IMG/VR virus record: IMGVR_UViG_3300010163_000001
Span: 190,593 to 254,592 of that record
Reading direction: 5' to 3' (one strand)
Length of the DNA stretch: 64,000 nucleotides
Source of the DNA: a virus
Lineage: Duplodnaviria > Caudoviricetes
The stretch's first letter is position 1; every line of letters begins with the position of its first letter. This document shows positions 30,843-40,055 of the stretch, piece after piece. Both the position numbers and the translations under genes were made by a program. The notes under the pieces were generated by a model. It did not search any database. It was not told the DNA's origin and saw only the letters and a list, made by a program, of their open reading frames with translations.

Positions 30843-31697
30843 GCTAGCTGGAGCACATGGTATATAAATGAATTACAAAATGCTGCAACTTATAAGTACA
30901 ATTCTGTATATCAAGAACCTATAGCTTACAATTCACCAACCCCGGGAGTATATGAGAATCGTAACTTTTGCAAAGATTATAGATATAACGATGTTGATTT
31001 AAACACCGGAAGTTGTATTGGTATTAATATGCATTATAGTCATTTATATATGGGTTGTGATATGTCGATGGTCTTAGTAGATACCCTTGATATACCAAGT
31101 ATTTTATTTAAGGGAAATAATCATGATAAGTTTTACAAAGTTGCTATGGAAGATAGAATAATTAAACCATTAGTAATATACAATGGAAGCTATACAGGTA
31201 CCCAGTTAACTTTAAATGTACCATTAGAATATTTAGAACACAATATAATTTTTAGGAATAATATTTTATATTTATTTTCTTGCTTAAAAGTGACTATAAT
31301 ATATAAAGAAAATATTAACAATAAATGTAGTTGGCTTGAACAATCTGAAAATATTGTACAATATACATTTGAAGATGCCTATTATTTAAAATCAACTAGC
31401 TGTAACATTTATTATGAAAGTCCTATGACATCATCATTCGGTATAAATTGTAATTATAATGGAAGTATGAAAATGTGCATATATGGGAAACAATTTGGGT
31501 ATGATCCTGATTGTTCTAATTGCATGTGGATCAATAATAATTGTCCACATGCGGTTCCAAATTATATTGATGACATACATTGTAGTTTATTATATTGGAA
31601 TTATGGAAGCCCTCAATTAGGTCCTATATTTAAATTGAATATAAATAATCATAATCTTGATATAAAAAAAGTTATAATTGAGCGATTACCATCTTAA
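30822..31697 (+). CDS. Silent tail-fibre C-terminal cassette B
   Basis: Open frame from YLRYYDTASWSTW runs into track ORF 31029..31697; no upstream ATG or RBS; tip motif VAMEDRIIKPLVIYNG. Confidence 0.75.
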   Translation, partial: YLRYYDTASWSTWYINELQNAATYKYNSVYQEPIAYNSPTPGVYENRNFCKDYRYNDVDLNTGSCIGINMHYSHLYMGCDMSMVLVDTLDIPSILFKGNNHDKFYKVAMEDRIIKPLVIYNGSYTGTQLTLNVPLEYLEHNIIFRNNILYLFSCLKVTIIYKENINNKCSWLEQSENIVQYTFEDAYYLKSTSCNIYYESPMTSSFGINCNYNGSMKMCIYGKQFGYDPDCSNCMWINNNCPHAVPNYIDDIHCSLLYWNYGSPQLGPIFKLNINNHNLDIKKVIIERLPS

Positions 31698-31711
31698 TTT
31701 TTATTTGATTA

Positions 31712-32989
31712 TTAATTTAAAAAATAAATAGCGAGTAATCGTAACTTAGATTCAGCATCAAATCCGAAGTTAATATTAAAGTTCATATATATTACTCTAG
31801 AGTAACCATCGTTAAGAGTTTCTTCTCCAGGAAGATTATCTATATAAGCTGAATTTACTGAAGAAAGGGGGTGATTATAATCCACATTACCACCAGTTAA
31901 AGAGATAAACGGTTTTGTTGCCGCTCCTTCAATATCAAATTCTGCGTCATATAATAAATAAGATTGATATGTGCAATTACAACTGTCACTACGAATAATC
32001 CAACCTAAAGTAGCTTCTGCAGATCCTAGTTTATAATTAGTTGAACTTGTATAAAACATATAATCTATACGTACTGGTAATATACACAGATTTAATGGGC
32101 CACCATAAATACCACACAAGTAATTACATCCGTTACCTGAGAATTTACCCATTCTAGTAATTCTAACATTTCCCATAAGATTATATATAGTTTTTATTAA
32201 GTCACCAGAACCAGATGATTTTAATGAACCACTCCATACCCTTTCCCAAACAAAATGATCGTCTTCAGAAAGTAATTTATATCTCTTCCATTCAGACCAC
32301 TCATTAACACCTTCCCTATATTTTAAATAACGAGAATAAAAATCAGTCATTTGGGTATTAATAGACAATTGGAATTTTCCCTTTTTGTAATTTCCATTAT
32401 TATCAGTACTTTCTGATGCATTATATTCTATCTGAAGTACAAATGTGTTATTATAACCATAATGTCGTGCAGGATATTCGTCTGAAGAATATTTAAAGTA
32501 TTCTGGAGGAGTATTGTCAATTGTATAAGAATAATAATCACCTGGGAGTGCAATAACTCCTGAGAAGCCATCAAAATTATATGACATGTCAGTTTCAGAT
32601 GGCAATTTTTTTACATTAGAAATAGATTCCCATTCAGACCATCTAAAACTATATGAAGTATCAGAAACTTCGGTTAAATAATAATTACGTATAAATATAT
32701 TATTATCGCCGACACCAGAGACAATCTGGTGAATACATGGCGGGGAATAATAGCCACTTACAAATACAATTAATCCAACTTCTGGGACTTTAAAATTAGT
32801 ATCTAGAAGCTGATATGGGATGCCTACTGAGTTTCTAGGTATGGTATAAAAACCAGGTGTAAATAGTTCATTAACATTTACTGATATACTTGAACCTAAA
32901 TTTTTCCAATTAATAGCATTATTATGTGCATGATCGCTCATACTCATAGAAATCCAACTTTTCCAGCTAGTATCATAGTATCTAAGATA
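31712..32989 (-). CDS. Silent tail-fibre C-terminal cassette C
   Basis: Begins YLRYYDTSWKSWISMSM directly after a terminator, no RBS; tip motif EDDHFVWERVWSG. Confidence 0.75.
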   Translation of the reverse strand, partial: YLRYYDTSWKSWISMSMSDHAHNNAINWKNLGSSISVNVNELFTPGFYTIPRNSVGIPYQLLDTNFKVPEVGLIVFVSGYYSPPCIHQIVSGVGDNNIFIRNYYLTEVSDTSYSFRWSEWESISNVKKLPSETDMSYNFDGFSGVIALPGDYYSYTIDNTPPEYFKYSSDEYPARHYGYNNTFVLQIEYNASESTDNNGNYKKGKFQLSINTQMTDFYSRYLKYREGVNEWSEWKRYKLLSEDDHFVWERVWSGSLKSSGSGDLIKTIYNLMGNVRITRMGKFSGNGCNYLCGIYGGPLNLCILPVRIDYMFYTSSTNYKLGSAEATLGWIIRSDSCNCTYQSYLLYDAEFDIEGAATKPFISLTGGNVDYNHPLSSVNSAYIDNLPGEETLNDGYSRVIYMNFNINFGFDAESKLRLLAIYFLN

Positions 32990-32990
32990 C
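32939..32990 (-). repeat. Shufflon recombination site C
   Basis: 51/52 identity to site A, inverted. Confidence 0.85.
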
Positions 32991-32997
32991 AAAGTTT

Positions 32998-33035
32998 GAT
33001 TAGAACGGATAGAATATATTCTATCCGTTCTAATC
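32998..33035 (-). terminator. Hairpin terminator insulating cassette C
   Basis: GATTAGAACGGATAGAAT-at-ATTCTATCCGTTCTAATC. Confidence 0.7.
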
Positions 33036-33046
33036 TATTCGTTTAT

Positions 33047-34399
33047 TTATTCATCAAAATCATCATCTAATAAGGACTCCTCAAGAAATTCTAATTCATC
33101 CTGTAAAATGGCTGCTTCTGCAGCAGGATCTTTTGCTGTAGAATCTCTCTGTCCAACAGATCCATCTGTTCCGTTAATGGGATCGAAATCATCTAAAACC
33201 CCATCTGCAAAGTTTTTATCGAAAGATGCTTTTGAATCTCTCTGTCCTTCTGAGCCATCATTTGTTTTTACTGGGTCATCTGTATTTCGATCACCGTCCG
33301 TATAGTTGTCTTCAAATGTTGCTACAGAATTTTGCTGACCAATTGAACCATTAGATGTTGCTTCAGGATCTTCTAATCCCAATACATCAGATTCATATGC
33401 GATAATCATATCGATACATTCGTTGATATATGCTTCTGTTGCAGGTTCTTTTCCCTTTGCCTTATTTCTTAAGTCTGCAGTAGCTTTTCTTCTTGCTTTT
33501 GTAGCAGACATGCCAGAAGACTGATACTTATCAATCAACTCTTTTCTGGATATATTTACTGCAAGTGTATTGTTGGATTTAATAATTCCATTCAATGTGC
33601 TAATTGTAGGCTTTGAATCTGGTTTGCCAATCAGTTTTGCTTTTGCAGTTTCTACTTTATGTCCAAAACTTTGGACAATACTGAGAGCCTTTTTATAATT
33701 ACCAGAATTCATAGCGTTTTCAACTTCTGCATTATTGATATCAGTAACTCCTACAGAATTAAGTGCTGCAGATCTCTTTGCATTTTTCTTTGCTCCCATT
33801 TTATCCTTTATTTTACCTTCTGTTGCAATATCATACCTTCCCATAAGGGACCCAATATTGAATTCAGATTCCATAGAGGGGTCTTTTGCTACAGAGTCTC
33901 TCTGACCAATAGATCCTCTTCCAGTAATGATTGGATCTCCAAGGTTATCAAAGGTATCAGAATAATTCTTTTCATAATTTGCAACACTATCTGCTCCTAT
34001 TGAACCAGGTTTTGTTGTAATTGGATCTCCAGAATTCATAAAATCAGTAGAGAAATTACTATTCCAACTAGCTGCACTAGACTGGTATCCTATTGAACCA
34101 GGTTTTGTTGTAATTGGGTCATTCGTATTTAGATTTAAAGAACTGAAAAAATCACTTCCAGTTAAAGCAGCGGCTTCTGTAGCATTTAGTACATCACATT
34201 CTTCTCCAATACCATCAAAGTCGTCATCCACCATTTCATCTACTTCTTCATCAATGATAGGATGTTTTCCAGTTACCATGGTATCGATTAATTCATCTGC
34301 TTCCATGGCAAGTTCTTCATTAAATGCAATTTCTTCATTTGCCGCTTCCATAACAATTTCATCGTTTAGCATATTATTCATTCCGCTTAATAAACTCAT
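33047..34399 (-). CDS. Putative processed internal head protein with six DPxxxxxGSxG repeats
   Basis: Acidic N-terminus with multiple AME/ATE/SME/AAE motifs; two triplets of ~30-aa repeats around a basic domain; start MSLLSG after AGGAAGG. Confidence 0.6.
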   Translation of the reverse strand: MSLLSGMNNMLNDEIVMEAANEEIAFNEELAMEADELIDTMVTGKHPIIDEEVDEMVDDDFDGIGEECDVLNATEAAALTGSDFFSSLNLNTNDPITTKPGSIGYQSSAASWNSNFSTDFMNSGDPITTKPGSIGADSVANYEKNYSDTFDNLGDPIITGRGSIGQRDSVAKDPSMESEFNIGSLMGRYDIATEGKIKDKMGAKKNAKRSAALNSVGVTDINNAEVENAMNSGNYKKALSIVQSFGHKVETAKAKLIGKPDSKPTISTLNGIIKSNNTLAVNISRKELIDKYQSSGMSATKARRKATADLRNKAKGKEPATEAYINECIDMIIAYESDVLGLEDPEATSNGSIGQQNSVATFEDNYTDGDRNTDDPVKTNDGSEGQRDSKASFDKNFADGVLDDFDPINGTDGSVGQRDSTAKDPAAEAAILQDELEFLEESLLDDDFDE

Positions 34400-34418
34400 A
34401 ATATATAAACCTTCCTTT

Positions 34419-35819
34419 CTATAAAAAGTCATTTTGCTTTGATTTAAAATAACTCTCGTAATATTGTGTAATAATATAAATAATTATAGGCATCATCCGA
34501 TACGTATAATTATCTACTCTTAAAGTATATGGAATCAGTAATTCCTTGTTGATATCTGACATTCTTCCAGTTAAATATTCAATAACAATTTTCTCTGGAT
34601 ACGTAAGACAAACTTTTTCTATCTTTGGTTTATAATACACAGGACAGTTTTCTGTACCTGCATCTGGATTGCCTACATATTCCTTGTAATAGTCTTGATC
34701 TCCTTCAAAAATAATAATTTGACAACCATCTGGATCTTCCTGCTTTAAATGATCTGGATGTTTAATCAAATCAATCATTTTATGTGAAAAATATTCCATT
34801 GTATCTCCATTATCTAATGCATCGGAATGACCTTTTTGAAGTTTCTTCCTGGTTATTAAAAGGTTTACACCTTTACAATTTATGTCATTAATGACAAATG
34901 GTGATGCACTCTTCTGAATACCCACCTGATATTCATATGGATAAGGTGCTAGATAACTAGCATCCCTATTCAATACTGCATAGTATAGGGTTTCCATATA
35001 AAGTCTGTTCATATCTTGTTCAATATCAGCACAAGATAAAACTATAGATTCTTCTATATTATCTCTATAGTATATTTGAGATTCCATAATGAACTTTTCA
35101 ACATATTTATCATATAACCAAGCATCTTCATGATCAATTGTATTATTTTTACACACGAACGTACCAGTGAAAGAATCAAAAAAATTCTCATAATAGTGTC
35201 TTAAAAGCTCGTTAATTAACTTCCCTGCATTTTGTATCTTCGAAACATCTTTTTTCTGGATAAAACATTTATCCTCTGTTCCAATATTTTCAAATATTGT
35301 TTCCCATTCTTCTACAATTTGACCTTTAAATCGATTTATTAAATCTTTTCCGGTAAATCGTAAGTCTGCAGAAAACATATAGAAATCATTTGATTGAATT
35401 GTGTTATAAGAGAAAGCATTTATTCGGAAGCATAATTCAATCATATTTGGAAGACTAATTATGATATGATCCCCAACTCTTGGTTTTACTGTATTTGGTA
35501 ATAAAGTAATGTCGGAAAGATCTAATTCGATATCATATCCATTTTCCGAATAATCTAAGTCAGGCTTTAATTCTGGGACATTACATATCGGTAAACCATT
35601 AATCTGATCATATCTTACTGGAGAATTGGGTCCTATATCAGATTCCACAGAACCCAATCCAACATCACTTCTTGATTCTGCTTCGTTTGTGTGTAAATAA
35701 GTGATAAAAATAAAGTTTTTATCCAAAAATTTACTATATTGACCAACTCTATTCTCAGCAAAGGTTTTGATGAGGCTATCTGTGTATTGTGATTTTTCAA
35801 CGTTTATAATTCTTGCCAC
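34419..35819 (-). CDS. Putative virion structural protein (neck/head-closure-like)
   Basis: 466 aa; LLPNTVKPRVGDHIII...FRINAFSYNTIQSNDFY beta-rich segment; late promoter at 35860-35871. Confidence 0.5.
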   Translation of the reverse strand: MARIINVEKSQYTDSLIKTFAENRVGQYSKFLDKNFIFITYLHTNEAESRSDVGLGSVESDIGPNSPVRYDQINGLPICNVPELKPDLDYSENGYDIELDLSDITLLPNTVKPRVGDHIIISLPNMIELCFRINAFSYNTIQSNDFYMFSADLRFTGKDLINRFKGQIVEEWETIFENIGTEDKCFIQKKDVSKIQNAGKLINELLRHYYENFFDSFTGTFVCKNNTIDHEDAWLYDKYVEKFIMESQIYYRDNIEESIVLSCADIEQDMNRLYMETLYYAVLNRDASYLAPYPYEYQVGIQKSASPFVINDINCKGVNLLITRKKLQKGHSDALDNGDTMEYFSHKMIDLIKHPDHLKQEDPDGCQIIIFEGDQDYYKEYVGNPDAGTENCPVYYKPKIEKVCLTYPEKIVIEYLTGRMSDINKELLIPYTLRVDNYTYRMMPIIIYIITQYYESYFKSKQNDFL

Positions 35820-35977
35820 TTTTATTATTCACCTTCTTTCTATAAAGGGTTTCCATTTTTAATAAAATGTTTAAAAAGGTGGTTTAAACAAAAAAAGAGA
35901 TTATATATGTATTTTATATTCAAATAAATAAACATATATAATCTCTTTGATGATCTTTTTAGATTAAATAGATGTGA

Positions 35978-36394
35978 TTAATGTTTTAATTCGATAATAT
36001 TAAAATCGTTTACAGTATTTTTTAAAATCCTTTCAACTAACTCAACGTCCTTACGTGTCATAGTTTCACACGTTGCCCTCTTTAAGGGTTTATTGTTTTC
36101 ATCTGTTCCATATTGTACTTGAATGACATATGGCTTCCTTTCTGTTTCATCCCGTCGATCTTTTACCAAAATTAAGCAATTAAAATTCTTTGATTTCTTT
36201 ACAAAGAATCGCTCTTTTGGGTTTGGACCAACAATTGAATTTACGAAATAACGAAAGTACATATCAACCACCAAGTCTCTCCAGAACGGACTCATGTTAT
36301 CTTCCCTAGAGTTCATAATTTTAGAACTCCAACGTTTAATTTCCTCTGGATAATAGGACTCATCTGAATTAATTTCAATTCCTCTCTTGTTCAT
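35978..36394 (-). CDS. Hypothetical early protein
   Basis: AGGAGG RBS; early motif at 36422-36433. Confidence 0.7.
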   Translation of the reverse strand: MNKRGIEINSDESYYPEEIKRWSSKIMNSREDNMSPFWRDLVVDMYFRYFVNSIVGPNPKERFFVKKSKNFNCLILVKDRRDETERKPYVIQVQYGTDENNKPLKRATCETMTRKDVELVERILKNTVNDFNIIELKH

Positions 36395-36466
36395 GTTAAT
36401 TAACCTCCTTAGTATTCTACAATAAGAATATATGAGATTTAGATATAAATAATACAGTAAATATAA

Positions 36467-36497
36467 AATAGGATGACGCTTTATACGTCATCCTATT
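36467..36497 (-). terminator. Hairpin terminator after the chaperonin gene
   Basis: AATAGGATGACG...CGTCATCCTATT. Confidence 0.65.
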
Positions 36498-36503
36498 CAT
36501 AAA

Positions 36504-38537
36504 TTATTTCATTTCTTTTTGTTTTTTCTTTATTCCCCTGAGAAATCGTGCAATTTTATTATCATTTCCGCATTTATCCAATTCTTCAATCACCCGATTT
36601 ACAATAGCTGCAGCTTCTTCTGCCTTTGTATTAACAAGCATTTCTGTCTTCTGTCTCTGACCAACCTGTCGATCATAATTTCGATTGATAGATAAGAATT
36701 GATTGCTTGTTAATATAGTAGACAGCACACTTACCATATTATATAGAATTTCAATATCTGTGGATACCGGATTTACGATGTAACAATCTTTGTCTGGAAT
36801 AAGAGTGTCCGTAACCAAATCATATCCATAATGATTCTCCACAGCCCAGAGAATAATGCCAATTTTTGTAAATTTTTCATCTTTTATTTCATGGGTTTCC
36901 GTATCTTCTCGATGTACAAGAATAACATCGTCATTCTGATATTTGTTGTTCAATACAAAAATAGAAAGATCCTGGAATACTCTAAAAAAGATATTTGTTA
37001 AATCTACATATAACTGATTTGGAGCAGTTAAATATTCTTTCCGTACCTCATATTCTTTCCGTACCTCATCAATTGTCTCTAGCATGACAAGATTTAATCC
37101 TCGGATATATCCATCTTCATATGCAGATCTGCAAGCAAGTACCGCATCATCAACAGAATCCTTCAAACATTGTTTTTCTAATTCAGATTTTCCACCAACA
37201 TAAATAACACCAAGTTTTCCGGAAAGTTTTGTGTAATGCTGATATGCATTCATATAGTCGTTTCTTAGATTTCCGTTTGTTTGCTTTTCTGCTTTTTCTT
37301 TAATAACTTCAAATTCGTGTTTTGCATCCTCTAATTTATTCTTAAATACAGTCTGATTTACAATTGTTTCGTAATCTTTAAGTAATACATATCTTTCCGC
37401 AACCGTGATATTCCGAGCGCGACCAACACATAATTTAATGATATCTGAAGGTTCATTAAATTTATATTGATCTGTATTGAGTAAAGCATCTTCTATGATG
37501 TCTTCTGGCTTTGCTGTTTGATTATGAACCATTACATTGAATGCTCGCACCTTTCCATAATCAAACACTTGTGCATTTGTAAGAAGAACAAGATCAGACA
37601 TGTATTTTCTATGAATCTCCATAGACGTTGGAACCTGAATCAACATAACATTTGGAACTTGCCCCTGCTGAAGTAAACTTTCTGTGGATGTTTTGATGAT
37701 ATTTAATAAGATATCATCAAAATAAGGAGCAAAAATAAATAATGAGGCGTTATGTGCAGTTGCATAGCGAGATAATCCTGTGATAATCTTATCATGTTCA
37801 TTATAATTTACATTGTGATCGAAAATAGCTACAAAGGAATTTTCTTTCAATACATACGTTCCTTCATCTGTATTTCGATACACACTTTGATTGATCGGTT
37901 TACAATCAAGTTTATATCCAGTTTGAATCTCATATCGTAAGCATTTTCCAGAATCAAGTGTAACGTATATATTTGGGTTATTTGTTAATTGATAAATCTC
38001 TTTGATAATAGAAGATAGTTCGTCATTTCCATTTGAAGAGACATTTGCAATCTGTTCAATATCAGAATAATCCCACCCCTCATGGGTCTTAATATGTCTT
38101 ACATATTTACTCTCAGAAAGAGTCGTTGCGATTTTATTTGATACTGCTTCGATCGCACTTACAATATCTGCCTGACGATAATTTTTCTGAGATAATAAAT
38201 TCAAAATTTCATGTAGGAATATGGAAGCACCGACGAATGAAGTTGTTGTCCCATCTCCAACTGTGTGTGCCAAACCAAAACTTGTCAGTTTTAAGATTCC
38301 ATATAATGTATTATAGACTGGATCGTTAAATCTCAACCTCTTCAATACATTCCATCCATCTTTCGTAGGATATGTCATAACCCCATCATCAATAATTGTT
38401 GTCTTACCATATGGACCTAGTGTTTTTACCACCATCTCAGATGCAACATCAGCGATTGTCATGATGGTCTCTAAATATTCTTCCTCCGGTATGATATTCG
38501 TTCCATACTTAATATCTTCTCGTAATTGTAAATTCAT
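36504..38537 (-). CDS. groEL: Phage GroEL-like chaperonin
   Basis: KTLGPYG, TKDGWNVL, VGDGTTTS, VIYVGGKSELE...KDSVDDAVLACRSA motifs. Confidence 0.92.
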   Translation of the reverse strand: MNLQLREDIKYGTNIIPEEEYLETIMTIADVASEMVVKTLGPYGKTTIIDDGVMTYPTKDGWNVLKRLRFNDPVYNTLYGILKLTSFGLAHTVGDGTTTSFVGASIFLHEILNLLSQKNYRQADIVSAIEAVSNKIATTLSESKYVRHIKTHEGWDYSDIEQIANVSSNGNDELSSIIKEIYQLTNNPNIYVTLDSGKCLRYEIQTGYKLDCKPINQSVYRNTDEGTYVLKENSFVAIFDHNVNYNEHDKIITGLSRYATAHNASLFIFAPYFDDILLNIIKTSTESLLQQGQVPNVMLIQVPTSMEIHRKYMSDLVLLTNAQVFDYGKVRAFNVMVHNQTAKPEDIIEDALLNTDQYKFNEPSDIIKLCVGRARNITVAERYVLLKDYETIVNQTVFKNKLEDAKHEFEVIKEKAEKQTNGNLRNDYMNAYQHYTKLSGKLGVIYVGGKSELEKQCLKDSVDDAVLACRSAYEDGYIRGLNLVMLETIDEVRKEYEVRKEYLTAPNQLYVDLTNIFFRVFQDLSIFVLNNKYQNDDVILVHREDTETHEIKDEKFTKIGIILWAVENHYGYDLVTDTLIPDKDCYIVNPVSTDIEILYNMVSVLSTILTSNQFLSINRNYDRQVGQRQKTEMLVNTKAEEAAAIVNRVIEELDKCGNDNKIARFLRGIKKKQKEMK

Positions 38538-38597
38538 ATTTTTTCTTCCTTTCTTTTTTATTTAGATTTATGATAAAGTTATTTTTAGGATAGATTA

Positions 38598-39398
38598 TTA
38601 ATTTTCTTCATCATCCATAGAAAATGCAAATAAAGGATCTCCTTTTTTCTGTTCATCATCATCAATTTGGAAATTATAAGTAGGATAAATAGTGTAAGGA
38701 TTCTCTGCATTACTACTCTTTACTTTCTCGTAAAATTCCTCATCATAAAAAAAGCTATTTACTTCTTCAAAATAAGTCATATTCTGGCAGGTATTTAAAA
38801 GAATAAATACCTGTCCACTTTTCTTTTCTTCTTTGACATTATTTTGTACATAATCAAAAATAAATCCCATATCCCTTGTATAAATAGTAGTGGCATCTAT
38901 CTTGTCATATAATTGATCAATTGGGCATCCACTTTCCAATTCTATTTTACCTATTACATCTTCGTACTTTTCAGATAGATATAGGATTTCGTTATCAAAA
39001 AAAGAATTTTCTTTGTAAATATAGCATTTCTTTACAAATTTTTGGCGTAATAGTTGATATAGAGCAAATTCAAATGATGTCATGAGAGAATCTGTTAATT
39101 TTACATTCGATAAAATTAAATTCATATCATATTCCATTTGCTCTTCTGTTAAATTTCCTTCCGATAAAGATTTAAGTAACTCCATTGGTGAAAATAACAT
39201 GGTATTTTCATATATCTCACTTCCGTTCATTCCATTGAACATAGAGAGTCCTGGATACTTTTCAATCCAGTCATCCTCGTATTTCAACATAAATCGAATC
39301 AGCCCTTCCGAGGGGTTCTTAATGAACCCTTCGAAATAAACTATAAACGTTTCATCCCTAGAAGGGATGTCGCGTATTGGTGTGTTTAAATCAATCAC
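38598..39398 (-). CDS. Hypothetical protein
   Basis: 266 aa, GTG start with AGGAG RBS. Confidence 0.75.
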   Translation of the reverse strand: MIDLNTPIRDIPSRDETFIVYFEGFIKNPSEGLIRFMLKYEDDWIEKYPGLSMFNGMNGSEIYENTMLFSPMELLKSLSEGNLTEEQMEYDMNLILSNVKLTDSLMTSFEFALYQLLRQKFVKKCYIYKENSFFDNEILYLSEKYEDVIGKIELESGCPIDQLYDKIDATTIYTRDMGFIFDYVQNNVKEEKKSGQVFILLNTCQNMTYFEEVNSFFYDEEFYEKVKSSNAENPYTIYPTYNFQIDDDEQKKGDPLFAFSMDDEEN

Positions 39399-39413
39399 TT
39401 TTACTCATCTCCT

Positions 39414-40040
39414 TTAATCTGAGGTAATATACCTACAGTCATATAAAACTGAATCGTATATAAACACATCACTATCACTAGAAAGTTTATCTTGAATAAT
39501 CTTTTTAATTTCTTCTATATCGACAATAGACATATTAGAAGTACCGAAATTTGTAGGTTCCATGAAAACTGCTGCAAATATTTGTTTATTTTTTAATGTA
39601 AAAAGGAAAAATCTATCTTTCCGTATGCGTGAAATATTAATGTTGTCTGGGATATCATCCATAATAAATGATCTATTTTTAGTTAGTGCACCATTCATAT
39701 CTATTTTTCCGATTATCGGAATAACTTCATATAATATGTTTGTATCTTCGGGATACTTGATTATTTCCAATATCGAGTTTCTATTTTCATAACGAACTAG
39801 AAAATCTTCATCGATTCCTTCATAGAAAGTAGATGGATCGATAATTTCAGTTGTTTCAAAGTCTAAATTTTCTATACTATGAAGATTTTTACTTCTCTTA
39901 TTAATTATTTTTACTAAGAGATAATATATCTTCTCATGGGAGAGTCTCTTTATATATTCAAACCAAAGGGGGTTCATTAAGAACCCCTCGAAATCATCCC
40001 TAGAAGGGATGTTGCGTATCTGTGTGTTTAAATCAATCAT
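39414..40040 (-). CDS. Chimeric hypothetical protein from a local tandem duplication
   Basis: N-terminus copies the start of 38598..39398; C-terminus copies the end of 40056..42461. Confidence 0.75.
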   Translation of the reverse strand: MIDLNTQIRNIPSRDDFEGFLMNPLWFEYIKRLSHEKIYYLLVKIINKRSKNLHSIENLDFETTEIIDPSTFYEGIDEDFLVRYENRNSILEIIKYPEDTNILYEVIPIIGKIDMNGALTKNRSFIMDDIPDNINISRIRKDRFFLFTLKNKQIFAAVFMEPTNFGTSNMSIVDIEEIKKIIQDKLSSDSDVFIYDSVLYDCRYITSD

Positions 40041-40055
40041 TTTTGATCATCTCCT

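Noticed and set aside
25232-32990. Diversity-generating retroelement TR/VR pair
   Set aside because: Repeats are at cassette 5' ends, differ at only one position, and no reverse transcriptase is present.
25275-32992. Track starts at 25275, 31029 and 32992 as independent tail-fibre genes
   Set aside because: No Shine-Dalgarno or promoter in a genome with strong RBSs; the frames open at the shared repeat instead.
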